NCBI GenBank assembly: GCA_030704615.1
Contig: CM060733.1
Coordinates: 51,708,001-51,772,000 of the forward strand
Length of the DNA stretch: 64,000 bases
Source of the DNA: Takakia lepidozioides
Taxonomy: Eukaryota; Plantae; Bryophyta
Direction: 5' to 3'
Shown: piece after piece, positions 1 through 12,149 of the stretch
Position numbering within the stretch: position 1 is the stretch's first letter
How the letters are laid out: every line of letters starts with the position of its first letter
Notes under the pieces: generated by a model
Told to the model about the DNA's origin: nothing
Seen by the model: only the letters and a program-made list of their open reading frames with translations
Database searches by the model: none
Program-made: the position numbers and the translations under genes

Positions 1-3
1 AGG

Positions 4-336
4 CTACCTCTTCTTAAAACCATACTTTTTACGCTCATAGAATAAATCTGTTTTGGCACTTCCCAGGTTGACAATCTTCGGGCAACCGTCTCGATCTTTT
101 TCTTGCTGCGTACATTCCTTGCAGTAATAGGCGTCTGAGATCCCCAAGCCTCCGCAGATAACACACCTGCCTTGGTAAGAACCATAGTTGCACTCGTCAC
201 AAACGCGCACCAGAGTGCACGGCCGCACATACGAATCGCAAATCACACACTTCCCATCGCATTTCTCGCAGAGACGGCCGATCGCAATGCCTGGTTGCTT
301 GCGGCACATGATGAGATCGGGATGATGCTTCGCCAT
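4..336 (-). CDS. PHF5A: PHF5A/Rds3 (SF3b splicing factor subunit), intronless, 110 aa
   Basis: [30 protein letters not shown]...[14 protein letters not shown] is the near-invariant PHF5A sequence. The true ATG is at 336; the ORF-track extension to 438 is not conserved. Confidence 0.98.
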   Translation of the reverse strand: MAKHHPDLIMCRKQPGIAIGRLCEKCDGKCVICDSYVRPCTLVRVCDECNYGSYQGRCVICGGLGISDAYYCKECTQQEKDRDGCPKIVNLGSAKTDLFYERKKYGFKKR

Positions 337-398
337 CGCGCTCTCGCTTCCTAACAACCCTAGCTCGCTGCATACTGAGGAGAAGACGACGCCCTGCC

Positions 399-412
399 AA
401 ACCCTAAACCCT
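399..412 (+). promoter_or_regulatory. Telo-box (AAACCCTAAACCCT) in the PHF5A 5' region
   Basis: AAACCCTA motif about 65 bp upstream of the PHF5A ATG. Telo-boxes are typical of plant translation and RNA-processing gene promoters. Confidence 0.45.
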
Positions 413-790
413 CTCTGAGATCGTGGACGGACGCACACGTCCGTCGGTACAACCTTCGTTCAGGCGAGTCGCTATAACAGAGTTAACACATTTTACTATT
501 CTATTGTATTTGAACAGAGAATTTTATTTTTTTCATGACTGCTGTCTATTATTGAGCTTTGAATTTGAATTATAGCGACAGTGTGGAGTGTGATTCACTG
601 GCAGCTGAGGTGTCTTCTGTCTGCTTCTGCAGCTTTTGAATTTGGACCATCAACTTGTTGGATTTTTTGAAATTTTTCATTGAGGCAAGGAAGCCTGAAT
701 TGTTTACTACCCCGCGTCATCGATATTAATATAGTGTTGTTTTTGTCACGATCGTTGATTTGGTCGTAGTTTTGTAATATCGGAATCAAT

Positions 791-960
791 ATGTTCTTTG
801 CTTACACAAGCAAGAAAGCCTACAAGGCCCTCACCAACGGCCAACCCCTCTTAGAAAAATGGAATGGCATTTGGGACACTTACAATTTCCAGAATGAAAA
901 CTGGAATGCTATGTGGGCCTCTGTTTGGTCTTTTGAGTTCGGACGCGATATCAATTGGCA
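791..960 (+). mobile_element. Short LINE ORF2 (zf-RVT-proximal) remnant
   Basis: YTSKKAYKAL...KWNGIW...WNAMWASVW resembles the S-x-K-x-AY...W-x-x-IW segment before the plant L1 zf-RVT. Short and degraded. Confidence 0.3.
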
Positions 961-2542
961 ATGTGAAGAACACCTCCAAAGCTTTACGACTCCACTTTCG
1001 CTGATCTTTCTATTGCTCTCTAGCCTTAGGGCGCTCGTCAAACTTTAGTCATGGCCTAGTTATTGCTTTTTCGTTCCATGCTTTCTGTCTCGGGGTGTTC
1101 TTGCCCTGTTGGTTCTCCCTCCCTTGCAATGGGCTGATTCGTATTTTCACTGACTACGGTGTGGGTGCCTTATGGTATAATCCAGGGTTTTAATTTTATT
1201 TCCCACAATTTGTTTTCCCACAATAATCCCAAATAAAGCTCTCTCAGGACCTCAGTCCCTGTTTATATGTGTGTGTGCCTGTGTGTGTGTCATAATATGT
1301 TTTATTTCAGGTCGAACTTTATATTTGATTATTAGTATTTAAATCTTTAATTGTATTGATGTTTGCTCAAGTCTAAGCTATTATTGAGTCATACGAAAGC
1401 TTTTGTCAATAACCACATTGTAAATTTTATTAGAGGACAGTAGGATGAGAGATACTTGTACAAACAAGCATATACGTCAATGGAGATTTGTAGTGTCAAG
1501 CTCAGATAAAAATAAACTCTAAACTAGTATATATGGACGTCCGCGAGCAAAGTAGCTTACTAACTCCATACACATATCAAAGCCTTTGCAACAATGTCAT
1601 CTTTATCAAGTTAATAGCTACAAGATTGAGAGCATGATCTGGCTCTGGCCGGAGTTTTCTTTCTCTTCATAATCAAATCCGTAGAAGATAATCCCTCCAT
1701 GAAAATGAGCCTTTGCTATCAATATCAAGAAAATATCAATATCCAAACTCGCTTTCAACTACATCACATTTTTGTTGACTTCTCAAATACAATTTGTCGC
1801 CGTAGAGGCTGTAGAAAATATTACCAATCTGTCAATTCCCACCTCCAATACATCAGACTTGTACCTTATCATTTACTTAATGATAATATTTCAGGGCTTT
1901 CCGTCCCTTTCTTCCGATAATAATAGTAAACATCCAAAGAAAATGACCGTCCCGTCATCCAAATTCCCCAAGCGTACCACGTACTCATAGAATTACGAAT
2001 AGCATTATATAATATTAAACTCTTGTATAGGCAACTCCACATCTAATGCTGTTTGCAAGTTCAACAAGCAAATAAGTATGTCGATTTCCAACCACAGCTC
2101 GATTGTTGATAATAAATTTTACAAGACAAAATATGAGTATATTTGCATGAAATTTCCATTTCCTAAGATGACACTCAATCATGTAGTTGTTTGAATGGTG
2201 ACTTGGACTCATGCTCTGCATATTAACTAGGAATCAAATCCACAATATACAATGTACACAGATTCGTCAATGTTTTATTTGGAATAGTCGTAATTACCAT
2301 GGTGGATGCTTTTATTTAGCTTATGTGCAGACTGGAAGATAAAATACATTGTACATTTTAGGACCGATGTGGTTTGGCGTCAAGGCTTTCGACCCCCGGA
2401 CCAAAAAAACACGTCGCAGGGGGAATCGGGCGTTGCTGCCTACAAAAGGGATTTGCGACGCCCGGCCGTCGCGGCTTGCGATCCCCGCCCAAAAAACACA
2501 TCGCCAATTCCGACGCCCTGCAGTCGCGAGGCCAGCGTGGTG

Positions 2543-2580
2543 GGGTGGGGTGGGGGGGGGGGGGGGGTAGGGGGGGGGTG
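2543..2580 (+). repeat. G-run tract (G-quadruplex-capable)
   Basis: ggggtggggtg(g)n tag(g)n tg, with four or more G-runs, inside a GC-rich island in AT-rich DNA. Confidence 0.6.
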
Positions 2581-3841
2581 AATTGGGGGTGGTTTTTGTT
2601 TTTTGTCTGGTTTTGTTTTGGGGGCTTATAGATTCCATTTCTCTGATTTAGCAGGTACACAATTGAGCAAGCATGAACACTACAACATGAGAAACAAAAA
2701 AAGAATGTATGGAATTTGAGTTTATCCTAATAAGAAGCGTCTTCTGCAAAATGGAGTGAAGCGGCTCATGGAGATCATTTTCTTTTCTAATGAATCAAGC
2801 CTCAGGTTAATTTCTTTGGTATCACCTTGAATAATGGTTGTATTGCCTTTGGAGTTTGGTGACGTTTCCTGGAGTTTGGTGACATCGGTATTCAAGCGCT
2901 CCAAGTGCGACAAAACCAGAGCGCTTTGCGCACTTTTGCGCATGCTCAAAAACATCGTCGATCCTAAAGTCGTAGATCCTAAACTAAAGATGTTGAGTTT
3001 TGAATTCACATAGTTGTACCAAGAACAATCAATAATAATAATAATAGAATACTATAAAAACAAGCGGTTACTCATGAAGGAAAGGAGCTGATACCTAAGG
3101 AAAGCATAACATGAGCTTAGTGATTTTCAGCATTGATGTGTGGTCTCCTCTTTAGATTAAGAGGAGCTAACAAACATTTGCACTATTCGAATACATAAAA
3201 CTTATTGAATTGATACAACAAACATGCATCTTTTACATAATTCCTACACTCTAGGAAAAATTATTGGTTAAATAGAAACGTCACTTATGAAAATATATTG
3301 CTTCAGTCACCTCTAAAAAAGAATTCTTAATAAAATAATACCTTTGAAACAACACTTGTAGACCATCTCAATATAAAGTTGTTGCCAAAATTAGAAGATG
3401 ACTTATTCCATATATTAGACAATCTCAATGTTCATGTTCAATTTCGTATATGATTGAAACTTCCAATGAAATGCACCTCAAGCATTTAATATGTCTTGAA
3501 ACTTCATATTTGCGCAGCCCCATATGACGTAAGTAATTTTTTCCATTCACTAGTTTTTTTGCTAATTGTTAAGCGTGCGAGCTCATGGGCGTGGTCGCGC
3601 TGAGGACAACAATGATATAGAATTTCTTATTTACAAGCTTGAATGCGCCTCTGCCTCCTGTTTCACCACACCATTGAAGCCCCCATTCCAAAGAGAGTCA
3701 GTATTTTAGGCTCGTAGTGTAGGAATCATCAACCTCTTAGTTATTTGCTTTAGTACTGCCATGAAATATTGATTGGATGAAAACAGATTTGCGTTGTATT
3801 TTTTATTTCTCAAGTTTTTCGTAAGTTCAAAAAACACATAA

Positions 3842-4740
3842 AACGGGACATTTATCTCATGAAAAGGGAACTGGCGGTGATTATAGTGGGAAGAAAGGAT
3901 GCATCAACTTCTTGTTGCAAGCAGATCTCGGATCTCCTTTGGTTCGAGATGTGGAGTCGAATTATGTGACTCCACTCGATCAAGATCTACTGCTAACCGA
4001 CGTTACGGCGGTTGTCATGCAAACATGTATGGCATGAGATTTTGGGGTTCACTACTTGAGCCTCATGGTGGAGGCAGAAATCAGCTGGCCCATCATAGGG
4101 TTATTGTACGGCCTCTATTACCGACCGATGATGGACTTGATTTTTGAGAAGAGAGAGAAGTTTTTTCATGTATTTTGTTTGATAAATACCGGTTCATCGA
4201 TAACGTACATATCTCCTCTGGTATTGTTCGCATTTGGTATCTCAGAAGACCCGTGTGCGAAAGGAATTGTCAGCTTTAAAATATATGGTCGCAAGATAAA
4301 TATTTTCATCTCGCACGGGCACTTTGCCGAGGTGAACTTGATTGGCGTTGATTTCATGAAAGGCGCAAATCTTATCTTGGTTGTCGATTACATGCGCCAC
4401 ACGGTTGAGTTGAGAGATAGTGTGTTCTCCATCTTCTGCGTTAGGTTAAATTTCTTTTTCATATTCATGTTGAGCCTGTTCAATACCGCATTTGGTATCT
4501 CAGAAGACCAGTGTGCGACAGGAACTGTCAGCTTTAAAATACATGGTCACGAGATAAATGTTTTCATCTCGCACAGGCACTTTGCCGAGGTGAACTTGGT
4601 TGTCGCTGATTTCATGAAAGGCGCAAATCTTATCTTGGTTGTGGATTACAGGCGCCACACGGTTGAGTTGAGAGATAGTATGTTCTCCGTCTTCTGCGTT
4701 CGGTCAAATTTCTTTTTCATATTCATGTTGAGCCTGTTTA
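3842..4740 (+). pseudogene. Decayed retropepsin-like (clan AA) aspartyl protease gene with a duplicated 3' half
   Basis: One frame reads NYVTPLDQDLLLTDV..MA*DFGVHYLS..WPIIG..YRPMM..FCLI(N)TGSSITYIS..HFAEVNLIGVDFM. The D-T-G active site has become N-T-G (AAT at 4185), there is an ILGxDF-like motif, and a TGA stop at 4035. Confidence 0.6.
4229..4738 (+). repeat. Tandem duplication, 258-bp period (4229-4480 / 4487-4738)
   Basis: Both units start cgcatttggtatctcagaagacc and end ttcatgttgagcctgtt. Confidence 0.9.
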
Positions 4741-6254
4741 CATGAAAAATATTGGTTTGACAGGGTGGAAGGGCACTTGATCGGGGTCCAAGGGGTCCAC
4801 GGGTTCTTGCATTGCGTCTACTTGCTGCAAGAGGAAACGCTGAAGGTGTACGACTTTTGTTGGAGAGCAAATAATTTGATCCATTCAAGGAAGATGAAGA
4901 TGATCACACTGCTCTCTGAGTTACTCAGTTTCTTGGGCCATGAAATATTTAATAGGTTTCCCCTTCATTGACGGGTATTATTGCTTGCAACAATGTAAGT
5001 ATGGCTGAGGAGTCTATGTCATAAACCCTTTATATTTTTGTTTATTCATCCACTTTTTTGGGCTAGTAGACATTTTTGTTTATTTTCTCATGACCATGTC
5101 TCAAGAATGTTTTGTATATTGGTCACCAATAGTGAGAGATTGGGCTATTCATCAACTCAAAGTCCGAAAAGATGTCAAGGGTTATTGAGACGTCTAAGAG
5201 CACAACCAAAGAGAATTTTACAAAGGTACTTGATATATTTAGCTAAACATGCAGAAAGCAATAATTGGTATTAATCCAAAAATCAGTGAACTTAAAGCAA
5301 TTGTAAAGAATTTACAAGCAAAGTTGCAAGATTTACGAGATGTTGTGAGTGGCATGGAAGAAGATCTGTATTGAGAACGTCGACATGGAAATGTTTGATA
5401 ACAAAACAAGCAATGTCAGAATAATTTTGAATGACTTTTGAACAACTTTGAGATCAAGCTCGTTATAACTTTGAGTTCTTACATAAGATTGTTTTGTACA
5501 ATGATTCTAGCCACACCTGCATATTTATTTTGACATTGTACAAAGTGGTGGAATGTGATGAACTTTGCCATGAGTAATAATTCCATCGCACAGCCTATAT
5601 CAATCAACAAATCCTCCTTTACGGTTTCACCTAGGTTGGAAAATAACATATCTGACATGGTCTTGAAAGTTACATATCACGCAAGGAGGGATGCATGGAC
5701 CTATTACGAAATCAATTTCGATCACGGAAAACAACAAATCACGGAAAATGTGGCTGACACAAACCATGCACATTAGTAGACAACCTATGGTTTGACTTCC
5801 TATTGTTATTCCTTCTATCTCTTTATTTCAAGGAAAGTAGCAAATGGACAAGTAACTATACAAGGCCGCGTAGTTGATGGTTCAATTTTGCTCAGTGGAA
5901 AGCCACATGCGCCGTGAAGCACAAAGGAAGCCATGTAAGGTATAAAAATGAATTGAAGAACAACAATATAAGTTGCACATAATTTTTTTTAAACATATGA
6001 GATCAAGCAATTTCTTTTCTCCACAAAATTCATATTCAATGCAAAATAAATGATCAACAAGAAATGGTTTTATGTGGAATACATTAAACTATTCGATACT
6101 TGTAACTTAGTTGTATAGTTTATGGATTCAAATAAAAATAAATACATTGAAGTATTGTACAAAAAAATAAATATTACATAAAATTATTTTGTCCAAACTT
6201 GAAACTCCTTACCTTGATTTTCTTCATGCATAATATTATTTTATCAAAAAGTCT

Positions 6255-6457
6255 GTGAATTAAGCAAGATAAACTTTTGTTTTGTTTTGTTTTGTTGTAA
6301 GTACATTGGAATCTCCCAAAAAATACTTAAAATACAATATCTCCCACACCCACATGTCCAAAAGTTATGAAACCACCTCGATGCGCCCCTTCAGCAAATT
6401 AGGTTTTAAAAAATGAAGAAAAAGACTTAACAATATGTGCTCAACGGCACACACTAG
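6255..6457 (+). mobile_element. Degenerate short Helitron-family copy
   Basis: (GTTTT)n head, internal sequence related to the 6492 family, 3' hairpin TGTGC-tcaacg-GCACA then CTAG|T at 6454-6458. Confidence 0.45.
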
Positions 6458-6491
6458 TGACTACACTACTTATGAAAGAATATGAGAACAA

Positions 6492-7120
6492 TCAATATAT
6501 GAAGCGAGACCTTTGTTTTGTTTGTTTGTTAATTTATTTTCAATTTTTGTTTATTTTGTAGCGTCGAGTTGCGGGGCCCAGCCCTAGTGCTTGGTATCGT
6601 TGGAAAGCCCTCGATGAGGAGGGGTGCACCGACTTGGTCTCATGATTTTTGGACCTGCGGTGTGGGAGATATGGAAATTCAAGTACTTTTGGTCGCCGGA
6701 AATTTGCGAAAAATAGCAAAGTGGGCTTTCCTGCAACAATGTCGATTGGCCCGAGACTTATGGAATTAGAAACAATTTTGGTCGGTAAACTTCAGCTAAA
6801 TTACAAACTCAAGTGTTTTAAGGACACTAGAGGTTGTATTGGGGCTTAGATAGAGGCCACGATTTTGGTACCGTTGGAAAGCACTCGATGAGGAGGGGTG
6901 CATCGACTTGGTTCATAATTTTTGGACCTACGATGTGGGAGATATGGAATTTTAGGTACTTTTGGTCGTTGGAAATTCGTGAAAAATAGCAAAGTGGGCT
7001 TTCCTGAAACAATGACGTGGAGATTTCCCAAACTACATGGTCACTAGATACATGGGGGAATTACACTTGGACTTAGATAACATTGGGCACTTGGGGCAAC
7101 GGCACAAGCTACCCTACTGG
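6492..7120 (+). mobile_element. Non-autonomous Helitron
   Basis: 5' A|TCAATATATGAAGCGAGAC plus (GTTTT)n; two internal copies of the gttggaaagc..gatgaggaggggtgca..gtgggagatatgg core; 3' gg(g/c)caacggcac hairpin-like motif, then CTAC/CTGG|T. Same family occurs at 22.9-24.0 kb. Confidence 0.65.
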
Positions 7121-8859
7121 TTTTATTAAAAGATGATAATAGTTCAAATTATAATATTTAATAATAAAACAAGTTTAATTTGCTCATTACTAGAGCTCTT
7201 TGCCTCCTTGTCCCATTCGTAGTAGGAAAATGCTGTTGTTGGTGCATAAACTAGCTTATGTTATAAAGAAACTTGGGACACTGGATTAAATCCTACAGTG
7301 CAACTTGTTTAAAAGAAATGAAACCACAAGGATGAGGCTATTATTTCTTCTTTGCTTCCAAATGCAAATAAGCCTCCATACCTTTTGTATAGGAAAATAA
7401 AATACAATAAAAAAGTTTTTATTTTTGAGAGGGGAAGTTTACTGTGAGTCTGAAGAAAAAAAACCAGCTCTAATGGGCACATATCACCTCAAAAGTGATT
7501 GTAGGTGCAATCCACCATTGGTGTAAAAAAACAAAAGTGTCCACCTTCATACCGGAAGATACTAGTAACCCTTCTGGGTTAAGAGAAGCCATAACTTCGC
7601 TTCCTTCGGGAGACATCATACGTATATATATATATATATATATATATATAATGAAAGAAAAAACCCGGAAAGGCATAAAGCATGGAGAACTAAAGAAAGA
7701 AAAAATGGTGACCATCTAAAATATATATATCATATATTTTTCTTATGCTTGAGTAGGCTACAAAAATTCATGTTTACTAGTGAACTTATGCAGGTATCTG
7801 ATTTATCCAGATATACCCACCGGGTATATATGGGTAAGTTTGTACATCCTGGACCGGGCCACATATGATACCCGGATATTACCCTATCCTTAAGGGCATA
7901 TGAAAGACATATAAAAGTATTTAGTAAATCTCTGGATGATGTAGTTCATAGATTTATCCTACCTTATGGCGGATAAAAATTAACTTGAGGGTATATTGTA
8001 CACAAGCCCGGGTAAATTGATCCCATATGCATGAGATCAGGAAATTTATGATTACATAGAACGATGGCTGTGCATTAGGGCCAAAATCTGATATAAACGT
8101 TATGAATGTGTCATGGTTTTGTTTGTGATTAGTTAGAAATAGTTATTTTTAGCTAATTAGGACATTATACATTTATATTTGTATTTTGTTGGCATTGGGA
8201 CTTCATTTGGTTTTATGTGCCAAGTGAGGTGGCGAACCTCACTTGGGACGTGGAGAGAAGCAAGCAGTGCATGTGTGGAACATGGTTTCAGCTTGTGGGA
8301 GTCTTCAATTTCAAGCTTAGGAGAGCTATGAGTGGAGATAGACATCTGATTTCTCTTTAGGGCAGAATAGTGTATTTGTAGAGCATGCTTTGAGTTGGGG
8401 TTTCAATCCCAAGCTTGGGAAGAACATGTCTATGGAAGTGGCAAGTGCAAAGCTGGATTAGGAGCTCTAACAAGTGCACTATGGCCATAGAAGGAAACAC
8501 TATGAGTGCATACAATGGCTAGAAGAATTATGTCATAGAAAGCTCAATAGCTTGTTCTATGCTTGTTTCAATAAGTTCCATAGAGAAACAGAGCTTGTTG
8601 TGTGGCAAATAGCTTGCTCAGGGAGTTAGAGGCACTCTTGGTGGTCTATTGATGCTCAAGAAACCAAGAACATCACCTCTAGTTGCTCCATAGAAGCCAT
8701 AGCTCGTTACAACAATCGCAGAGGCAAAGCGGCGCAAACCCTAGCTCAAGAACGCGTCGGAACTCGAGAGAACGAGTGAGAACGCTTAGGAACTCCTTGG
8801 GAACTCGTGGGAACATGTGAGAACATTGCCTTAGAGTTGGGAGCACCACCATTGATCCA

Positions 8860-9190
8860 TCGGATGAACTATTGAGCCAGTGGATGAAAATTGGCGCTAC
8901 TGGATGAGAATCGGTCACAGTGGATGAAACTGCGTCAGAGGATGAAATCTCGCCAGCGGATGAACTATCGTGCTATCGGATGAGAAATTGCAGCAACGGA
9001 TGAAACTGCGTCAGTGGATGAAATCGTGGCAGCGGATGAACTATCGTGCCATCAGATGAAAATTGAAATATCGCGCAAGTAGATGAAATATCGCACCGAC
9101 AAATGAACTATCGCGGCAGATGAAATATTGGACCTATGGAAGAGAAATCACGGTTCTGGATGAAATTTGGTCAATGATGGATGAAAAATC
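8860..9190 (+). repeat. Irregular tandem array of GGATGAAA-core units (about 19-21 bp)
   Basis: More than 15 recurrences of (g/a)gatgaaa/gatgaact, e.g. ggatgaaactgcgtcag twice and ggatgaactatcgtgc twice. Confidence 0.8.
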
Positions 9191-9204
9191 GACTGACTGT
9201 GGAT

Positions 9205-9940
9205 ATTTTTGGAGCCTATTTGGGGTCTATTGAAGCCAACATCTTCCAGGTATTAGGGCCTGCTTTGAGGACTATTTGGGGTCTATTGAGGCCAACATCT
9301 TCCAGGTATTGGGGTCTGCTTTGAGGACTATTTGGAGGCCAATATCTTCCAGGTATTGGGGCCTGCTTTGAGGACTATTTGGGGTCTATTGAGGCCCATA
9401 TCTAGCAAGTATTGGGACCTGTTTTGAGGACTATTTGGGGTCTATTGAAGCCAATATCTTGTAGGCTTGTGGAGCCTGCTTGGGGCTTGTTTGAGGACTA
9501 TTTGGGGTCCTTTGAGGCCCATGTTTTGTAGGCCTGTGGAGCCTTTGTGAGGGCTGGTTGGAGGACGATTGGAGGTCTATGGAGGCCCATATTGGGCAGA
9601 CTTATGGAGCTTTCTAAGAGCTCTTTGGGGGACTATTGGAGGTCCTTGGGGGCAAATACTTGGCAGATTTGAGGAGCTTCTTAAGGGCTGTTGGAGGACT
9701 GTTGGAGGTCCTTGGAGGCCAATACTTGGCAGATTTGAGGAGCTTCTTAAGGGCTATTGGAGGTCTTTGGAGGCCAATACTTGGCAGATTTGAGGAGCTT
9801 CTTAAGGGCTATTTGGAGGACTATTGGAGGTCCTTGGAGGCCATATTGGGCAGGCTTGTGGAGCCATTGTGAGGGCTGGTTGGAGACCTTGGAGGCCACT
9901 AATTGGCGGGCACCTAGGGCCATTTGGTGGACTATTTAGA
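9205..9940 (+). repeat. Two related minisatellite arrays of about 59 bp in the retrotransposon 5' region
   Basis: Unit A gaggactatttggggtctattgaggccaa..ccaggtattgggg(c)ctgcttt (about 9205-9540). Unit B ttggaggtccttggaggccaatacttggcagatttgaggagcttcttaagggct (about 9570-9940). Confidence 0.85.
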
Positions 9941-10699
9941 GTCTAAGTTTGTGAACTTCTTGAACCTCGGTGGGTCTATGTTAGGGGCTGATTGAGGGCA
10001 GATTTCAGAAGTTCATGGCAATAATTTGAGGGCTCTTGAGAGTTATTTGAGAGGTTCTTTAAGGATAGTCTTATCTATTGCTCGAGCAAGAGTGAGTGTG
10101 AAGATATGGGGAGTAATGGGATGAGAGCATTATGGGCTTAGATATTGCTTTAGCTTCCATTCTCTAAAGTCTTCTATCATTCTTGTAGGCCAAAGCTTTT
10201 CCGTAAGCGGAGGCAGAGCTAGTTTGGAAAGAGACTTGGTCATCTTGCAGGTTTATTGTTTGAGTTTCCTGTGTTTGGATCCTCCTCCCACACATGCATG
10301 CTTTGAGTATGCGCCATGCTAGTTTGGTTTGGGCGCTTACTTTTATAGGTGGTTGTGTCGGAAATATTGTGGCCGGCCAACCCTAGAGCGTGCTGTCAGT
10401 GGTGAGGCTGGGGTGATGACCAGCAGACCATAGGAGTGTCTGCGGTGGATGTAGGTGCAGGTGCAGGTGCAAGTGTAGGTTCAGGTTATGAACATAGTAT
10501 TCCAAACCATAAGCCGCAACAGGTTCTCTACCCAGTTACCTTGTGGAAAGGGGGATTAGAGACAAGTTGATAGCCGGTTTGAGTGTGAGTTTTCATCACG
10601 GAGGTGCCACCAGTTGCTAAGGAGAGTACCGGTACGAGCACCAGCGATACTAGTGGGTATACAAGACGAGGTGTGCGGTTTAAGCCACCTTCACCTTCA

Positions 10700-11531
10700 G
10701 TGTCTTCTGAGGAAGGTTTAGACTCGGAGTCAGGAGGATTCTCGCCGAGGGTGTAAGCCATTTCCGTGCCATTGTTGTGGGATACGATGGAGGAAATGTA
10801 TGGAGCTACTAAGGGGCCACGTCGGTACTCTGGAGCTGTGGGCACCATCGAGCTTGATGATTTCATACAAGAGTTTGATAGTTGGTGTGATTTGCAGCAG
10901 GTGCGCAATTCACAACTGTTTACGTTTTTTATGGTGTGGAAGGGGCTGTTTCAGCACCTTAAGGGGCCGTCTACGGATGACTATCATGAGTTTAGGCGGG
11001 GAAATGAGGTGGAGATTGAGGAGTGGCGACAATATTGGTCACCTGACTATGTCTCCATCACTAGAGGCACAATGGCAGCAACAACACCAGTAGCTACACC
11101 AACATCCCCAACTGCAAGCACTGGTAGTGGGACAAGTAAAGATGGAGCTGGGAAATCCACCCAAGCTCCTGCTGCAGTACCAGCACCTGTGCCTGCCTTT
11201 AACCCAGTTGTGGAGTCTTCGAGGAGTTGAGGAAAAACTACCGGGGGATAAGGACAGAGAAATTGCGGAGCTTACAAGAGTTCTAGCGCAAGCCTACTAA
11301 GAGTTTGAGAGAGGCTACACGTGTATGAGGCGATTGATAAATATAACCCAAGGAGTTACGGAAGCTCAAGCAGCCCAATTCTGGTATGGGATATTGGACA
11401 AAGAGCTGAGGAGAAGGGTTCGGGAAGGCATGGTGGATAGGCTTGCCCAGCTAGAGCAACGTCTTGCTACCATGTCCACTACTCATGTTGCGCCAGCTCT
11501 AAGGCCTGAGGTTCAAGCCCCACCAGCATAA
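10700..11531 (+). pseudogene. Retrotransposon gag (frameshifted, with stops)
   Basis: RYSGAVGTIELDDFIQEFDSWCDLQQ..WKGLFQHLKG..DDYHEF, then a retrotrans-gag-like ..LRSLQEF*RKP..E..AAQFWYGILDKELR. Lies upstream of the protease. Confidence 0.65.
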
Positions 11532-12149
11532 CCTCTTATGGCTAGGGAAGACTAGATTGGTATGGGCTTCATGTGTGGAGCCGTACTTGCAGGACCATTG
11601 CATGTGGACTTTGCAGTTGTTGTCACTCGAGCAGCAACGCGTGCTCCTGAGCCAAGAAGAGCAAATGTGGATTTTGATTCCCAAAGGGGGGAAGCAAGTC
11701 GACAGACAAGGCTTCCACAGTCTTCATATTGGCTGAGACAGTGCCAACTACGCCATCGATGACACCTGCTCGCCCAAGTGTGTCAGAAGTAGAGCCACGA
11801 GTGCCATTGGGAAGAATTGGTGTGGCTCGGGAAATGCCAGTGGGTGGTGCTGCAAAGCAAGGTGCAGCCAGTACATTGTTGGGGGCGGCTACGGCAATTT
11901 GCCAAGCTCCATTGTTTTCTGCCACGACAATTGCAATGTCGGGGATGCGGCCAGCTGCACTGTTTAGACTGGCAGCGGCACTCTGTGAGAGTGATGATGC
12001 ATCGACACTATCCACGGGGATAGCGGATAAGGTGCAGTACATAGATGCTGTGGATTTAAGGGTGAAGACAGCCACAGCTGCGCCATGGCAAGCGGCAGCT
12101 GCAAGGTTGCAGGAGTTGCCCGCTAGGCCAGCCATTGAGCGCAGTATGG

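Noticed and set aside
337-438. 34-aa N-terminal extension of PHF5A in the ORF track
   Set aside because: It begins at a non-ATG codon; the conserved protein starts at MAKHH (336).
8860-9940. Repeat arrays as a CRISPR array
   Set aside because: Eukaryotic context, degenerate contiguous units without unique spacers, and no cas genes.
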